DNA of 54,110 nt from an uncultured Bacilli bacterium (GTDB taxonomy: Bacteria > Bacillota_I > Bacilli_A > RF39 > UBA660), in the NCBI GenBank assembly GCA_947626855.1, contig CANQTT010000003.1, positions 1 through 54,110 on the forward strand, read 5' to 3'. Within the stretch, counting starts at the first letter, position 1, and each line of letters starts with the position of its first letter. The translations under genes and the position numbers were made by a program. This document shows, in pieces, positions 26,463 through 37,400 of this stretch. Below the pieces are notes generated by a model. That model did no database searches and was not told the origin of the DNA. It was given only the letters and a program-made list of their open reading frames with translations.

Positions 26463-28763
26463 TTAAGCTTTACGGCTCTTGATAGCAAGAACTCCTGCTA
26501 CTAACATCGTAACGAATCCTACGATTGTCATCATAGCTGTTGAAGTTACATTGTCTAATGTATTTGGTATTTCTGTTTCATTAACATATACTGGTGTTAA
26601 AGTGATATCTTCTGTTATCTGTGATTCAAATGTATATTTATTTCCTTTTTCATCTACAAAATGTGATAAAACTTTTCCTTCTACATTATCAAATTGACTC
26701 CAAACGATTTCTCCTAGAGTTAATTCTTCTTCTTGAGTGAATATTTCCTCTCCAATAGTAATCTCTACTACATAATATGGAACTAATTCAATGTCTTCTG
26801 TAAGGATTGTTTCATCCTCTACATAAACTGGATTACCTTCTTCATCTTCATAGTAGAAACCACCAAAATGTTTATTAGCTTCTTCTGCTTCTGTTTCTAA
26901 TTTCTCAATAATGTCAGCTAATTGTTCCTCAAAATCTGCATAAGTTTCTCCCTCTAGAGAATCAAATGTTCCTTCTTCACCCTTTACTGTAATACCTAAT
27001 TCTTTAGCAAATTTAGCATAAAGAGTGATATTTTCACCTACTGCATCTTTTGTTATATCAAATTTTGTTTGATAATCAGAATCAGTATACCATCCTTGGA
27101 ATACGTATCCTTCTTTTTCTGTACCAGGAATCTTAGTACCATCAACAACAGTATCGATATCTTGAGTAACTTCTGTCTCTTCTTCATCCACTACAAAAGT
27201 AACTTTTACTTGTTCTACAAAGTATGCATAAATAGTTGTATTTTCGTTGATCTCAGAATCAAAATCAAATTCTGTCTTATAATCAGTTCCTGTATACCAT
27301 CCTTTAAACGCATATCCCTCTTTAGTTGGATCTGTTGGTTTAGTAAATTTAGTTCCTTTTGTTATTGTAGTTGGTTCTTCATCCACACCATCTAACGTAA
27401 CAGTAACAACAAACCTTGCATATAAAGTCATATCTTCTGTAGCTACGTCATTTTCATCAACTTTATCTGTGAATGCAGCATCATAATACCAACCATCAAA
27501 TGCGTAATTAGCTCCTGCTTCAACAGTTTCGTCAGCTAATTGAGCTAAAATTTGGGAATTATAATCAACTGGTTTATCAGTCGTATTTTTTACTCCTCCA
27601 TTAAATTTTAGAGTAACATTTACTGGAACAACATTTCCATCTCCATCTTCTTGACGATTTTCATCCAAGAAAGTTGCAGTTACGGAATCTTTTTCGCCAC
27701 CTTTGGTAAAAGTTCCACCTGAAATAAAATGTTCTTTCGCACTTGTAAAGTTTTCAGAAGCTGTGAATGATCCCTCTGCACCTTCAAAAGTACCTCCAGA
27801 AATTTCAATGTCCCCAACAGTAGTTTTATTTTGATTATCGGTGTACTCACGGAAAGCTACATCATGTAGACTTGTGAAGTTACCATCAGTAATCGTAATA
27901 TCTATTGGAGCTTGATAACCTGAATTAGACTCTACTTGGATAGCAGATCCTGTCAAAATAACTTCGCCACTTTTAGCTTCTGGTTCTTGTTTCGCACCTT
28001 TTCCAGTTACTGTAGTGCCATTTAAAGTTAATTTTCCAGACTTTGTTGCAATTCCTGTATAACCACTAACAGTTGCTTTTCCAATTGTAATTTCAGAATA
28101 TCCTGCTTGATAGATTGCTAATGACTCTGAACTTATTTCTGCTCCATCACGAACAGTAATTACAGGATATTTTTCAGTTGCTTTATTTTGTCCGTTTATA
28201 TAAAGAGCATAAGAGCCTTTTACCATCGTTATCTTTCCTGCAAAATCGATTGTAGAAGCAGCTGCTTCTGGTTGAACTGGATCAATCATAATTCCTACAT
28301 TTGAAGCATTGATAACAACATCAGAGCCAACTACGATATGTCCTGGGCCCTTATTTTCCCATGCCCATCTAGAACCATCTATGATTCCGATAACGGCATG
28401 AGCTGGTGTTTCCACTAAGTCAGTAATTGTTCCTTCACCAATAATTTTTAACGTTCCACCATAGACGTAGAAAGTGCTATATAACTGATTGTAATCATCA
28501 TTTGGAACGGTAACTGTCTTTCCATTTAAATTTAAAGTTACTTCATTCTGCACAACAATAGATGCTTTAAGATTGGTATCTTTTAATACAGTTACTTCTC
28601 CGCCTTTTAAAATAGCTTCTTTTAAATCTGTATAACACTTTCCGCCAACTTGGGCTACAGCAGTATCCTCTTCACAGGCAATCTCTTCAGCATATACATT
28701 TGGAATAAAACATAATGCACAGACTAATACAAAAAGTCCAAACATATTTCTTAATTTTGTCAT
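26463..28763 (-). CDS. Paralogous cell-surface protein with InlB B-repeats and IPNT sorting signal
   Basis: Same signal peptide and C-terminus as 24158-26287, one extra B-repeat, divergent N-domain. Confidence 0.85.
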   Translation of the reverse strand: MTKLRNMFGLFVLVCALCFIPNVYAEEIACEEDTAVAQVGGKCYTDLKEAILKGGEVTVLKDTNLKASIVVQNEVTLNLNGKTVTVPNDDYNQLYSTFYVYGGTLKIIGEGTITDLVETPAHAVIGIIDGSRWAWENKGPGHIVVGSDVVINASNVGIMIDPVQPEAAASTIDFAGKITMVKGSYALYINGQNKATEKYPVITVRDGAEISSESLAIYQAGYSEITIGKATVSGYTGIATKSGKLTLNGTTVTGKGAKQEPEAKSGEVILTGSAIQVESNSGYQAPIDITITDGNFTSLHDVAFREYTDNQNKTTVGDIEISGGTFEGAEGSFTASENFTSAKEHFISGGTFTKGGEKDSVTATFLDENRQEDGDGNVVPVNVTLKFNGGVKNTTDKPVDYNSQILAQLADETVEAGANYAFDGWYYDAAFTDKVDENDVATEDMTLYARFVVTVTLDGVDEEPTTITKGTKFTKPTDPTKEGYAFKGWYTGTDYKTEFDFDSEINENTTIYAYFVEQVKVTFVVDEEETEVTQDIDTVVDGTKIPGTEKEGYVFQGWYTDSDYQTKFDITKDAVGENITLYAKFAKELGITVKGEEGTFDSLEGETYADFEEQLADIIEKLETEAEEANKHFGGFYYEDEEGNPVYVEDETILTEDIELVPYYVVEITIGEEIFTQEEELTLGEIVWSQFDNVEGKVLSHFVDEKGNKYTFESQITEDITLTPVYVNETEIPNTLDNVTSTAMMTIVGFVTMLVAGVLAIKSRKA

Positions 28764-28919
28764 AATTTCCTCCTTTCCCCCTGACAAATATTCGATAAGT
28801 CTCCACTTATCTGAGGATTATTATAGGAGAAGAAAAGAAATAAGTCAATGAATTTTACATGGAAATTGATTTTACTTGACAAAAAAAGCAAATCCTACGA
28901 TTTGCCTAAAAATGAACTT

Positions 28920-29099
28920 TTATTCTTCTGTTGTTTTTTCTTTTTTAACAGAGTGTTTTACTTTGTCGACTACTTCTCCTGCTTTATTTTTAATATCTTT
29001 TCTTGTTTCTGAACCTTTTTTAGGAGCAATTAGTGTTCCAATTCCTACTCCAATAGCAGCACCTGCTAAAACCTTTCCTACTGTTCCCTTCTTACTCAT
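28920..29099 (-). CDS. YtxH domain-containing small protein (59 aa)
   Basis: Hand-translated MSKKGTVGKVLAGAAIGVGIGTLIAPKKGSETRKDI..., with the YtxH signature APK.G.ETR and an AAGGTG RBS. Missed by the ORF track. Confidence 0.85.
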   Translation of the reverse strand: MSKKGTVGKVLAGAAIGVGIGTLIAPKKGSETRKDIKNKAGEVVDKVKHSVKKEKTTEE

Positions 29100-29157
29100 A
29101 TCTTCACCTTCTTTCTTAACAACATGGAAATCATACTACGATTCTTTCCTACTAGTA

Positions 29158-30123
29158 TTATACACCATTTCTACTTTCCATAAACAAACTTTTTGTTTTT
29201 ATTTTAGGTGTTAAGAAACTCATCTTTTCTTTTACACTGATAACGTATTCACTAGATTTATTTTTCAATTCTTCGCCATCAATACACCAATTTTTTTCAG
29301 GACGTTCTAAAAGCCTAATCGATACTTCATGAGCCTTTAAAGAGATAATTTTATCACTAGGTTGCCCTAAAAAGAAAGCGACAAAATTTTGAAGTAATTC
29401 TCCTCTAGTTCTAGATTTGCATAAAAGGACTTCCATCTGCCCATCGTCTAATTGAACATCTCGATAAAAATGATCAATCCCAGCAATATGGTTAGCATTT
29501 GAAATCATAATCAAAGAATAACTACCATCTAGTCTTACTCCATCTAAGGTTACTTCTGCCTTATATCTTCTCATTTTATTGATGAGTTCAGCAATTCCAC
29601 CTTTTAAGTAAGCTAAATAGCCTTGCTTTCTCTTTTCTACACTTTTTGTTTCATAAGGAATATTCATAAAGGTTCCCATTCCAACTACATAGGCAAAAGG
29701 ACTATCATTAATGGTTCCAATATCTACACTATGAACTTCTCCATCTAGTGCCAAATGTAAATTTTTAACGGGATCTTTACTACTATATCCATACATAGAA
29801 GCCACATCATTACAAGTTCCACTAGGAAGTGGACAAATCGTAAGTCTTTTCTTTCGTAGAAAGTTTCCCCTTACCACTTCATTTAAAGTTCCATCTCCAC
29901 CAATGGAAAAAACAACATCATACTCTTTTGCATTCGCTACTACCTCTACCGCATGATTACTGTATCTGGTTGCAACGAAATCAGCCTGATATCCATTTTG
30001 TTGTAAAACTCTATGATAAGCACCAATAACTTCATCATCAATCCCTTTTCCACTAACAGGATTGTAAATGATTAAACATCTTTTTTTTTCTGCATTACTC
30101 TGTTCTTCACATTCTGTTGTCAA
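29158..30123 (-). CDS. Diacylglycerol kinase-family lipid kinase (YegS/DagK)
   Basis: IYNPVSG, GGDGTLNEV, PSGTCND, IDGE. Confidence 0.92.
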   Translation of the reverse strand: MTTECEEQSNAEKKRCLIIYNPVSGKGIDDEVIGAYHRVLQQNGYQADFVATRYSNHAVEVVANAKEYDVVFSIGGDGTLNEVVRGNFLRKKRLTICPLPSGTCNDVASMYGYSSKDPVKNLHLALDGEVHSVDIGTINDSPFAYVVGMGTFMNIPYETKSVEKRKQGYLAYLKGGIAELINKMRRYKAEVTLDGVRLDGSYSLIMISNANHIAGIDHFYRDVQLDDGQMEVLLCKSRTRGELLQNFVAFFLGQPSDKIISLKAHEVSIRLLERPEKNWCIDGEELKNKSSEYVISVKEKMSFLTPKIKTKSLFMESRNGV

Positions 30124-30146
30124 AAAAAATTCCTCCTAACAATGAT

Positions 30147-30833
30147 TTATGAATCATCTCTATTTCCAAACATCAATATAAGTCTTAAAATCTGAATAAG
30201 AGTAGTAGCTACACTCGCTATGTAAGTAAAGGCTGCAGCTGTCAAAACTTTCTTTCCACCTTGTAATTCATACCCTTCAAAAAACTGAATCTCTTTTAAT
30301 TCTTTCAAAGCCCTATTACTAGCATTAATCTCTACTGGTAAAGTCACTATTTGAAAAAGTAAAATCACTACTTCCAATAAAATTCCTATCCAAATTAAAT
30401 TGATAGAACCAAAAAGAATTCCTATCATAATAGCAAAATATCCAGCATAAGAAGAAAAGTTTACTACAGGTACCAAACTAGCACGAATTCGCATAAAGAG
30501 ATATCCCTCTTTATCTTGAATAGCATGACCACATTCATGACAAGCAACACTTACACTAGCAAGCGATGCTCCATTATAATTCGCTCTTGATAGGCGAACT
30601 TCTTTTCTCTTCGGATCATAGTGATCGGATAAATAGCCTCCTACCTCTACTACAGAAACATCTTGTAGATTATTTTTATCTAAAAGATACCTGGCCGCAT
30701 AAGCCCCTGTGATATTTTTAAAATTTCTAATTTTTGAATACTTATTGTAAGTCGAATTCACCCATACTTGGGCTAAAACAGTTATGATTAATGAAATAAA
30801 AGTTAAGCCATATACAATAAAGAAATAATCCAT
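30147..30833 (-). CDS. Membrane zinc metallopeptidase (YugP-like)
   Basis: LSDHYDP, HECGHAIQ, TLPVEINAS.RA, AA.TY. Confidence 0.9.
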   Translation of the reverse strand: MDYFFIVYGLTFISLIITVLAQVWVNSTYNKYSKIRNFKNITGAYAARYLLDKNNLQDVSVVEVGGYLSDHYDPKRKEVRLSRANYNGASLASVSVACHECGHAIQDKEGYLFMRIRASLVPVVNFSSYAGYFAIMIGILFGSINLIWIGILLEVVILLFQIVTLPVEINASNRALKELKEIQFFEGYELQGGKKVLTAAAFTYIASVATTLIQILRLILMFGNRDDS

Positions 30834-31016
30834 CTTCTTTCCTTCTTTCCCTTCACCATTTTAAAGCAAAATTAACGATTGGAAATTACTACTATAGTGT
30901 ATCACATTCCCTACCTTTTGTTTATTAAAAATTATTAAAAGGAAATGTTTTCTTCGATTTTATAATAAATAACCTCGCATTTTGTAATATAATTAAGTTG
31001 AAGGAGAGATTAGAAA

Positions 31017-31919
31017 ATGAAAAAAATTTTATTCAAAGGATGTGGGACTGCCATTGTAACACCGTTTACAGAAGATGGCATTGACTACGAAGCATTTGAA
31101 AGACTGATTGAATTTCAAATTCAAGAAAAAGCAGATGCTATTATTGTGTGTGGAACTACAGGAGAGTCTTCTACCATGTCTTTGCAAGAAAGAATGGATT
31201 GTATAAAATTTGTAGTAGATACAGTTCATAAAAGAATTCCCGTGATTGCTGGAACAGGAAGTAATAATACCAAAACAGCAATTGGGTTATCAAAATATGC
31301 GGAAAGTATTGGGGTAGATGGAGTACTAGTAGTAACTCCTTATTATAATAAAACAACCCAAGAAGGATTAGTAAAACACTATGAAGCGATTGCTTCTTCC
31401 ATTTCTATTCCAATTATTTTGTACAACGTTCCAAGCCGTACAGGACTCAATATTACTCCTGAAACAGCTTATCGACTTTCTCAAATCGAAAACATTGTAG
31501 CGATTAAAGAAGCAAGTGGAAATATTTCACAAGTAGCTAAAATAGCTCAATTGTGTCGGGAAAATTTACAGATTTATTCTGGCAATGATGATCAGATTAT
31601 CCCTGTTCTTTCCCTTGGCGGAATTGGTGTTATCTCTGTTTTAGCGAATGTCTATCCAAAAGAGGTTCATGACTTAGTCACCCAATATCTTAATCAAGAA
31701 GCAACTTCAGCTTTAAAAATCCAATTAGATGCACTTCCACTCATTGAAGCTCTTTTCTGTGAAGTAAATCCTATTCCGGTTAAAGCAGCTTTAAATCTAT
31801 TAGGATATTCTGTCGGTAATCCAAGACTACCTCTTGTTGAAATGGAAGAACAAAAACAAAAAGTATTGAAAAAAGAACTACAAAATTTTGAACAAAAAAG
31901 AGATGAAAAAAAGGAATAA
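31017..31919 (+). CDS. dapA: 4-hydroxy-tetrahydrodipicolinate synthase
   Basis: GTTGES, TPYYNK, YNVPSRTG, IKEASG, NPIPVK. Confidence 0.96.
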   Translation: MKKILFKGCGTAIVTPFTEDGIDYEAFERLIEFQIQEKADAIIVCGTTGESSTMSLQERMDCIKFVVDTVHKRIPVIAGTGSNNTKTAIGLSKYAESIGVDGVLVVTPYYNKTTQEGLVKHYEAIASSISIPIILYNVPSRTGLNITPETAYRLSQIENIVAIKEASGNISQVAKIAQLCRENLQIYSGNDDQIIPVLSLGGIGVISVLANVYPKEVHDLVTQYLNQEATSALKIQLDALPLIEALFCEVNPIPVKAALNLLGYSVGNPRLPLVEMEEQKQKVLKKELQNFEQKRDEKKE

Positions 31920-31933
31920 ATGTCAAAAAGCAT

Positions 31934-33175
31934 TTATTCCTTTTTTTTAGATATTTGAAGCCTTTGAATCGCTTCTTCAGTATCCTCTCTAGTTCCAAAA
32001 GCTGTTAAGCGGAAATATCCCTCCCCGCTTGGACCAAAGCCACTTCCTGGTGTTCCCACAATCTGAAATTCTTCCAATAAATAATCAAAAAACTCCCAAG
32101 ATGTCATTCCCTTTGGTATTTTTAACCATACATAAGGAGAATTTACCCCTCCATAAGTTTCATATCCTATTTTTTCTAATCCCTCTTTAATGATTTTAGC
32201 ATTTTCTAAATAATATTCAATATTCGCTCGAATCTGTTTTTGTCCTTCCTCTGAATAAATAGCTTCCGCACCTCTTTGAACAATATAACTTGTACCATTA
32301 AATTTGGTAGACATTCTACGACTCCATAATTTATGAATAGAAATTGCTTCTTTTTTCCTCGTATATCCTTTTAACTGTTTAGGGATAACGGTATAGGCAC
32401 ATCTTACCCCCGTAAATCCTCCCGTTTTGGAAAAGCTCCGAAACTCAATAGCAACGTCTTTAGCCCCTTCTATTTCAAAAATACTATGGGGAATGTCTTT
32501 TTCAGTAAGAAAAGCCTCATAAGCAGAATCATATAAAATAATAGATTGATTCTCTTTGGCATATTGAACCCATTTTCCTAAATCCTCTTTAGTGAAAACC
32601 GTACCGGTAGGATTATTCGGAAAACATAAATAAATGAGATCTACTCTTTTTTTAGGAAGATCTGGTTTAAAATTATTTTCAGCATTCATTGGTAAATAAA
32701 CAATTTTCTCATAATGCCCTGTTTTCGAAGAAAATTTTCCTGCTCTTCCTGCCATTACATTGGTATCTAGATATACAGGATAAACAGGATCTGGAATAGC
32801 CACGACACAATCTGATGAAAAAATATCTCCTATATTGCCACTATCACATTTGGAACCATCGGAAATAAAGATCTCATCTTCTGTAATATCAATATTTCTT
32901 TTTTGATATTCATTTTGAGCAATCGCTTTTCTTAAAAATTCATATCCCTGCTCTGGTCCATATCCTCTAAAGCCTTCCGCTGTAGAAAGCTCCAAGACAC
33001 TTTTTTGCATAGCTTCTACGACAGCAGGAACTAATGGTCTGGTAACATCTCCAATTCCTAAACGAATCATTTTTTTATCAGGATTCTTCTCCCGATAACT
33101 CTCTACTTTTTGATGAATCGTGGAAAACAAATAACTATCTTGTAATTCTAAGAAGTTTTCATTGATTAAACACAT
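31934..33175 (-). CDS. dapL: LL-diaminopimelate aminotransferase
   Basis: [41 protein letters not shown]. Start at MCLINE. Confidence 0.94.
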   Translation of the reverse strand: MCLINENFLELQDSYLFSTIHQKVESYREKNPDKKMIRLGIGDVTRPLVPAVVEAMQKSVLELSTAEGFRGYGPEQGYEFLRKAIAQNEYQKRNIDITEDEIFISDGSKCDSGNIGDIFSSDCVVAIPDPVYPVYLDTNVMAGRAGKFSSKTGHYEKIVYLPMNAENNFKPDLPKKRVDLIYLCFPNNPTGTVFTKEDLGKWVQYAKENQSIILYDSAYEAFLTEKDIPHSIFEIEGAKDVAIEFRSFSKTGGFTGVRCAYTVIPKQLKGYTRKKEAISIHKLWSRRMSTKFNGTSYIVQRGAEAIYSEEGQKQIRANIEYYLENAKIIKEGLEKIGYETYGGVNSPYVWLKIPKGMTSWEFFDYLLEEFQIVGTPGSGFGPSGEGYFRLTAFGTREDTEEAIQRLQISKKKE

Positions 33176-33176
33176 T

Positions 33177-34022
33177 CTATTTCTCTCCTTCCTCAAATTT
33201 TCCTTCAAAAACCGTACGAGCAGGCCCCGTCATATAGACATGATTGTCGTTCTGGTTCCACTCAATCTCTAATTCTCCCCCTAAAAGATGAACGGTTACT
33301 TTTTCACTCGTATAGTGATTTAAAATACAAGCAACTACAGAAGCACATGCTCCAGTTCCACAGGCCATAGTCTCTCCTACGCCTCTTTCCCAAACACGCA
33401 TCTTAATATTCTCTCGATCCATGATTTCTACAAATTCAACATTTGTTCTTCTAGGAAAAAGAGTATCTACTTCTACTATCTTTCCATCCTCTTGAATAGG
33501 AAAATTTTCAAGATTAGACACAAACGTAATAGCATGAGGATTTCCCATAGAAACACACGTAAAGAACAGAGTTTTATCCAAAAGTTTTAAAGGTACCTTT
33601 AAAACTGGAGAATCCTCTTGTAAGACAGGTATTTTAGAAGCCTCTAGAATAGGTTCTCCCATATCTACTCGAACCTTTTTAACCACACCATCTTCTAACA
33701 TTAAATCTAACACTTTTATGCCCGCTTTTGTTTCTATGCAAAGATGTTTTTTTCTAGTTAACTTTTTATCATAGACATATTTTCCTACACATCGAATCCC
33801 ATTGCCACACATTTCTGCTTCACTACCATCTGAATTATAGATGGACATTTTAAAATCTGCGATTTCACTTTTCTCTATTAAAATAATTCCATCGGAACCT
33901 ACGCCAAAATGGCGATCACTCATATGTCTCGCTAATGCCTCAATATTTTCTAATTTTTCTTGACTTTGATTGATATAGATATAATCATTACCAAGTCCTT
34001 CCATTTTTGTAAATTTTATCAT
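33177..34022 (-). CDS. dapF: Diaminopimelate epimerase
   Basis: [35 protein letters not shown]. Start at MIKFTK behind GAGGTG. Confidence 0.96.
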   Translation of the reverse strand: MIKFTKMEGLGNDYIYINQSQEKLENIEALARHMSDRHFGVGSDGIILIEKSEIADFKMSIYNSDGSEAEMCGNGIRCVGKYVYDKKLTRKKHLCIETKAGIKVLDLMLEDGVVKKVRVDMGEPILEASKIPVLQEDSPVLKVPLKLLDKTLFFTCVSMGNPHAITFVSNLENFPIQEDGKIVEVDTLFPRRTNVEFVEIMDRENIKMRVWERGVGETMACGTGACASVVACILNHYTSEKVTVHLLGGELEIEWNQNDNHVYMTGPARTVFEGKFEEGEK

Positions 34023-34120
34023 AGTCACCTCTAATTTAATCATATGATAAAATCCATAATTTTTCAAACCTTTTTTCCTAAAAAAAACAAACAAGTAAAA
34101 ATTTACTTATTTGTTGATTC

Positions 34121-34405
34121 TTATTTTAAGATTTCTGTTTGCCCACGCATGAATTTCATCTTTTTAGAAGATTCTAATTTACCGCTTTCATCAACAGATG
34201 CTTTGTCTAAGGTATCTTCCAGATATGGCTTTACAAAGAAAGCTCTTTTGATTTCATTAATATTTTCAGCCCGAAATTTTACTAAATCTCCTATATTTAC
34301 AGAATTATCGATATCACTATCCAAAAACAGATAGCTATCCTCTGGTGTGACAATTGTACCACTAATCCCATTATATTCTTTTACTTTTCCAATTTTAAAT
34401 GACAT
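34121..34405 (-). CDS. Small cold-shock/OB-fold-like protein
   Basis: GKVKEYNGISGTI...YLF......IGDLVKF pattern. Overlaps the stop of the upstream giant gene. Confidence 0.6.
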   Translation of the reverse strand: MSFKIGKVKEYNGISGTIVTPEDSYLFLDSDIDNSVNIGDLVKFRAENINEIKRAFFVKPYLEDTLDKASVDESGKLESSKKMKFMRGQTEILK

Positions 34406-37400
34406 AACTTGAACTTTCTCCCTTCTCTAGTACATAGTCTCGAATCTTTTGTCTCGCCCTTTCTAATTCTCTCTTAGCCTCTGGATCTGCTGTAATTATT
34501 TTTTCATGGATTACTCCTATTGCATCCACATAAAGATACCAATCATGATTCGCAAATCCATATCTTACTTCCTTTTCATCCATAATTGGAAATTCTAGAT
34601 ATTCATAGTTTTCACCAGCCATCAACCTTTGAACAGCATCAATTCTTCTTACATAAGGTACAATTTCCTTAGTCGAATGAACTTCTACCAAGTTATCTCG
34701 AGCTGGGAAATAGCTTGGAATTCTTCTTTTATCAAAATTAATAGGAACTAATGCATTATCATCTCTAGAAGTTGCTAGAACAATATCTTTTCTTTTAACA
34801 TCGCAATAAGTAAGAGTTAAGCCTTCTCGAACATTAGAAATACCTAAGTTTTGCGTTGGTAAACTTTTTGCAGCATAATCCTTATGCAAAATAACATTAT
34901 CAATAGGCATCCATCCATCCCGTTCGTAATCCTCCTGACTCCTTTCAATCATGAGTTGAGCAATTTGTTTACAAGCTTCTACAATATCTTCATCTGAATA
35001 TAAATAAGGATTGCAGGAATATCGAAGTTCATTTAAGAAGACGGTATTTCCATTTCGAAAACCACTTACCCTTGAAATATATTCTCCTGTCTCTGGATCT
35101 TGAAAACGGATATGAAAACCATTTCTATCTGCTAAACAAAACTGAAATAAGCCTTCGCCAACTCCACCAATTCTCATACAAGCTCCTGTTCTCTCTCCAT
35201 GCGTAAGATTACATGGATTGGTAAAATTGCCAACAATAACTTGTAATTTTTTTGTCTTTGTTACATCAAGTGTTTGATTAAAGGTTGGAACCGTTACTTC
35301 CATTCTTTCATAATTTTGTCTTGTCCATGTAATGGCCTCTCTTAATCTTTCATCATGTGCTACTTTTCTAGTAGCAGAATTATCTGGCGGATTAGACTTA
35401 ATAAGTCTCGCATCTTCTACACCCAATATTATAGAATAGATACTTGATACAGATGCATAAGCTTCTGCCAAAAGAAAAATATTAGTAGTTCCAAAAGAAA
35501 CTTCACTTTCTTTCTTTTTTACTGAAGATAGTTTCTTTTTCTCTGCACTATAAATTTCTGAATAGTAGGAAATAAAAGCAGAAAGATTATATACATCGAC
35601 TTCCATATTGATTGGATTTTTTTGCATAAAATCTAAAAGGGCATCTGGAATAGCTAATGATTTGGTTAAACTTTTTTTCAAGCTTTCATACAAAAGCTTT
35701 GCTTCCTCATCCTTCTCATCAAAAGATAAAATTCTTCCCAAATGTTTCAAATTTAATCCTGTTAACATTCTTAAAAAATCGGTAGAAGATTCTGGAACAT
35801 CATATTCCCATTTTGTCTCATCCATTTGAGTATAATACCATTGTCTTTCTGCCTCTGACATTTGCGATATTTTATTTTTCAGAAAGGTAGCGACAATTTT
35901 TTGCTTTCCTTTTATTTTATTAAAATCTTCTTTTGATATATCTTTTGGTAGTTCATGAAGATTAAAATAATCAATACAAGCTCGAGCCAAATCCAAACTA
36001 AGTTCTTGACTCATTAATTCTTGTTCTAACTCTTCTTGATAAACTTTTCTACTCACTAGAAATTTAGGCAATTTACTTCTAGCATCCATACTATCAACAT
36101 GGCTAGATAAAGATAAGTCGGATGCCATTTGTTTCATATTGTGTTTTGCTCGATAAATTTCCCGTTCTACCCTTATATAATAATCCGTTATAAAGTGTAG
36201 CATATCCAAATAGGAACTATGATCTTCTGGATTTGCTTTTATCTTGCTCATGATCATTCGCAATAATTGAAAAGGATTGGAATATTCTTTTGCAATTTCT
36301 GCATAAACACCTTTTTTTTCTTCCCCAAATTTTTTATAAAATTTACTATCTAAAAGAAAGATTTCTGGTCCTCCAAACTTTTTAAACTCTTTATTCAATT
36401 CTTCATATTGTGCCCTTAAACTTTTCAAATACTCTAATAAGGATTCATTATTCGGTTCGTGCTGAGCTTGTTCGGATAGTGTCTTTATCTGTTTCCATAG
36501 CGGCTCCATTTGGTTCAATAGAGCAATAACAGAATCAAAAGATTGGTCAATGGAGAGGATTAAATTGTGAAAAGAATTAACAATTTCTGGATGTTGTCTT
36601 GGAAAGCCATATTGTATGACTGAATCATAAGCATTTCGTAATTGATCAATCGTCATTTTTTGTTGTGAAAATAAATCTAATAAGCGACTAAATTGATTAT
36701 TATCATACTTAAGAATAGTAGCAATATTTTCATCTTCTAAATACTGAATAATCTTTAAACCAAACCGTTCTTTCAAAGCATCTAGATGAGCAGCATTATA
36801 CCCTTTTGTTTCTACAAAATACTCTTTGAATACCTCATATACTTCTTCTGTAAATATATAAGGTGCACCTCCTAAAACATTTAGAACTTCAAAGATTTTC
36901 TCTCTACTCGCCGGAAAATAAAGAAGAGCCTTTAAAAGGATTAAATTATGCCAAATGGCTCTCTCTATTAAAATTTCTTTAGAGATATATTCAAGATATA
37001 GATAATTTTGATCGATAGCCTCTACTAATTTTTTTTGCAAGTTTTCGCTTAAATTCTCAAACATATCTTGGGAAGAAAAAGGAAAAATTTTAAAAAATAG
37101 AGCATATTTTTTTTGATTTACCAAATTTTCTAAGAACATCGGATCTATTTTTAATATCATGTCCATAATTTTCTCTTGAAATTCGGCATTTTGCATTTCT
37201 ATCACATGATTTAAAAAGGATTCGTCGTAAAAATCAAAGTCAATGGTACGAATATCTGACTCTTCCGGAAAGAAAAGATAATCACTGTAGAAATCTCCGA
37301 AAGCATTCTTTTTATAATAAGGATTACCTTTTAAAATCTCTCTAAAGATTAAATTCAAAATTCTCATTTTTTCTGACATGGGTAAGGAAGAGAAAGAGCC

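Noticed and set aside
28876..29214. 112-aa plus-strand ORF
   Set aside because: It is the antisense shadow of the real YtxH gene at 28920-29099.
34121..34405. Cold-shock-like gene as the retron effector
   Set aside because: It lies 30 kb from the RT and is coupled to the giant-protein gene instead.
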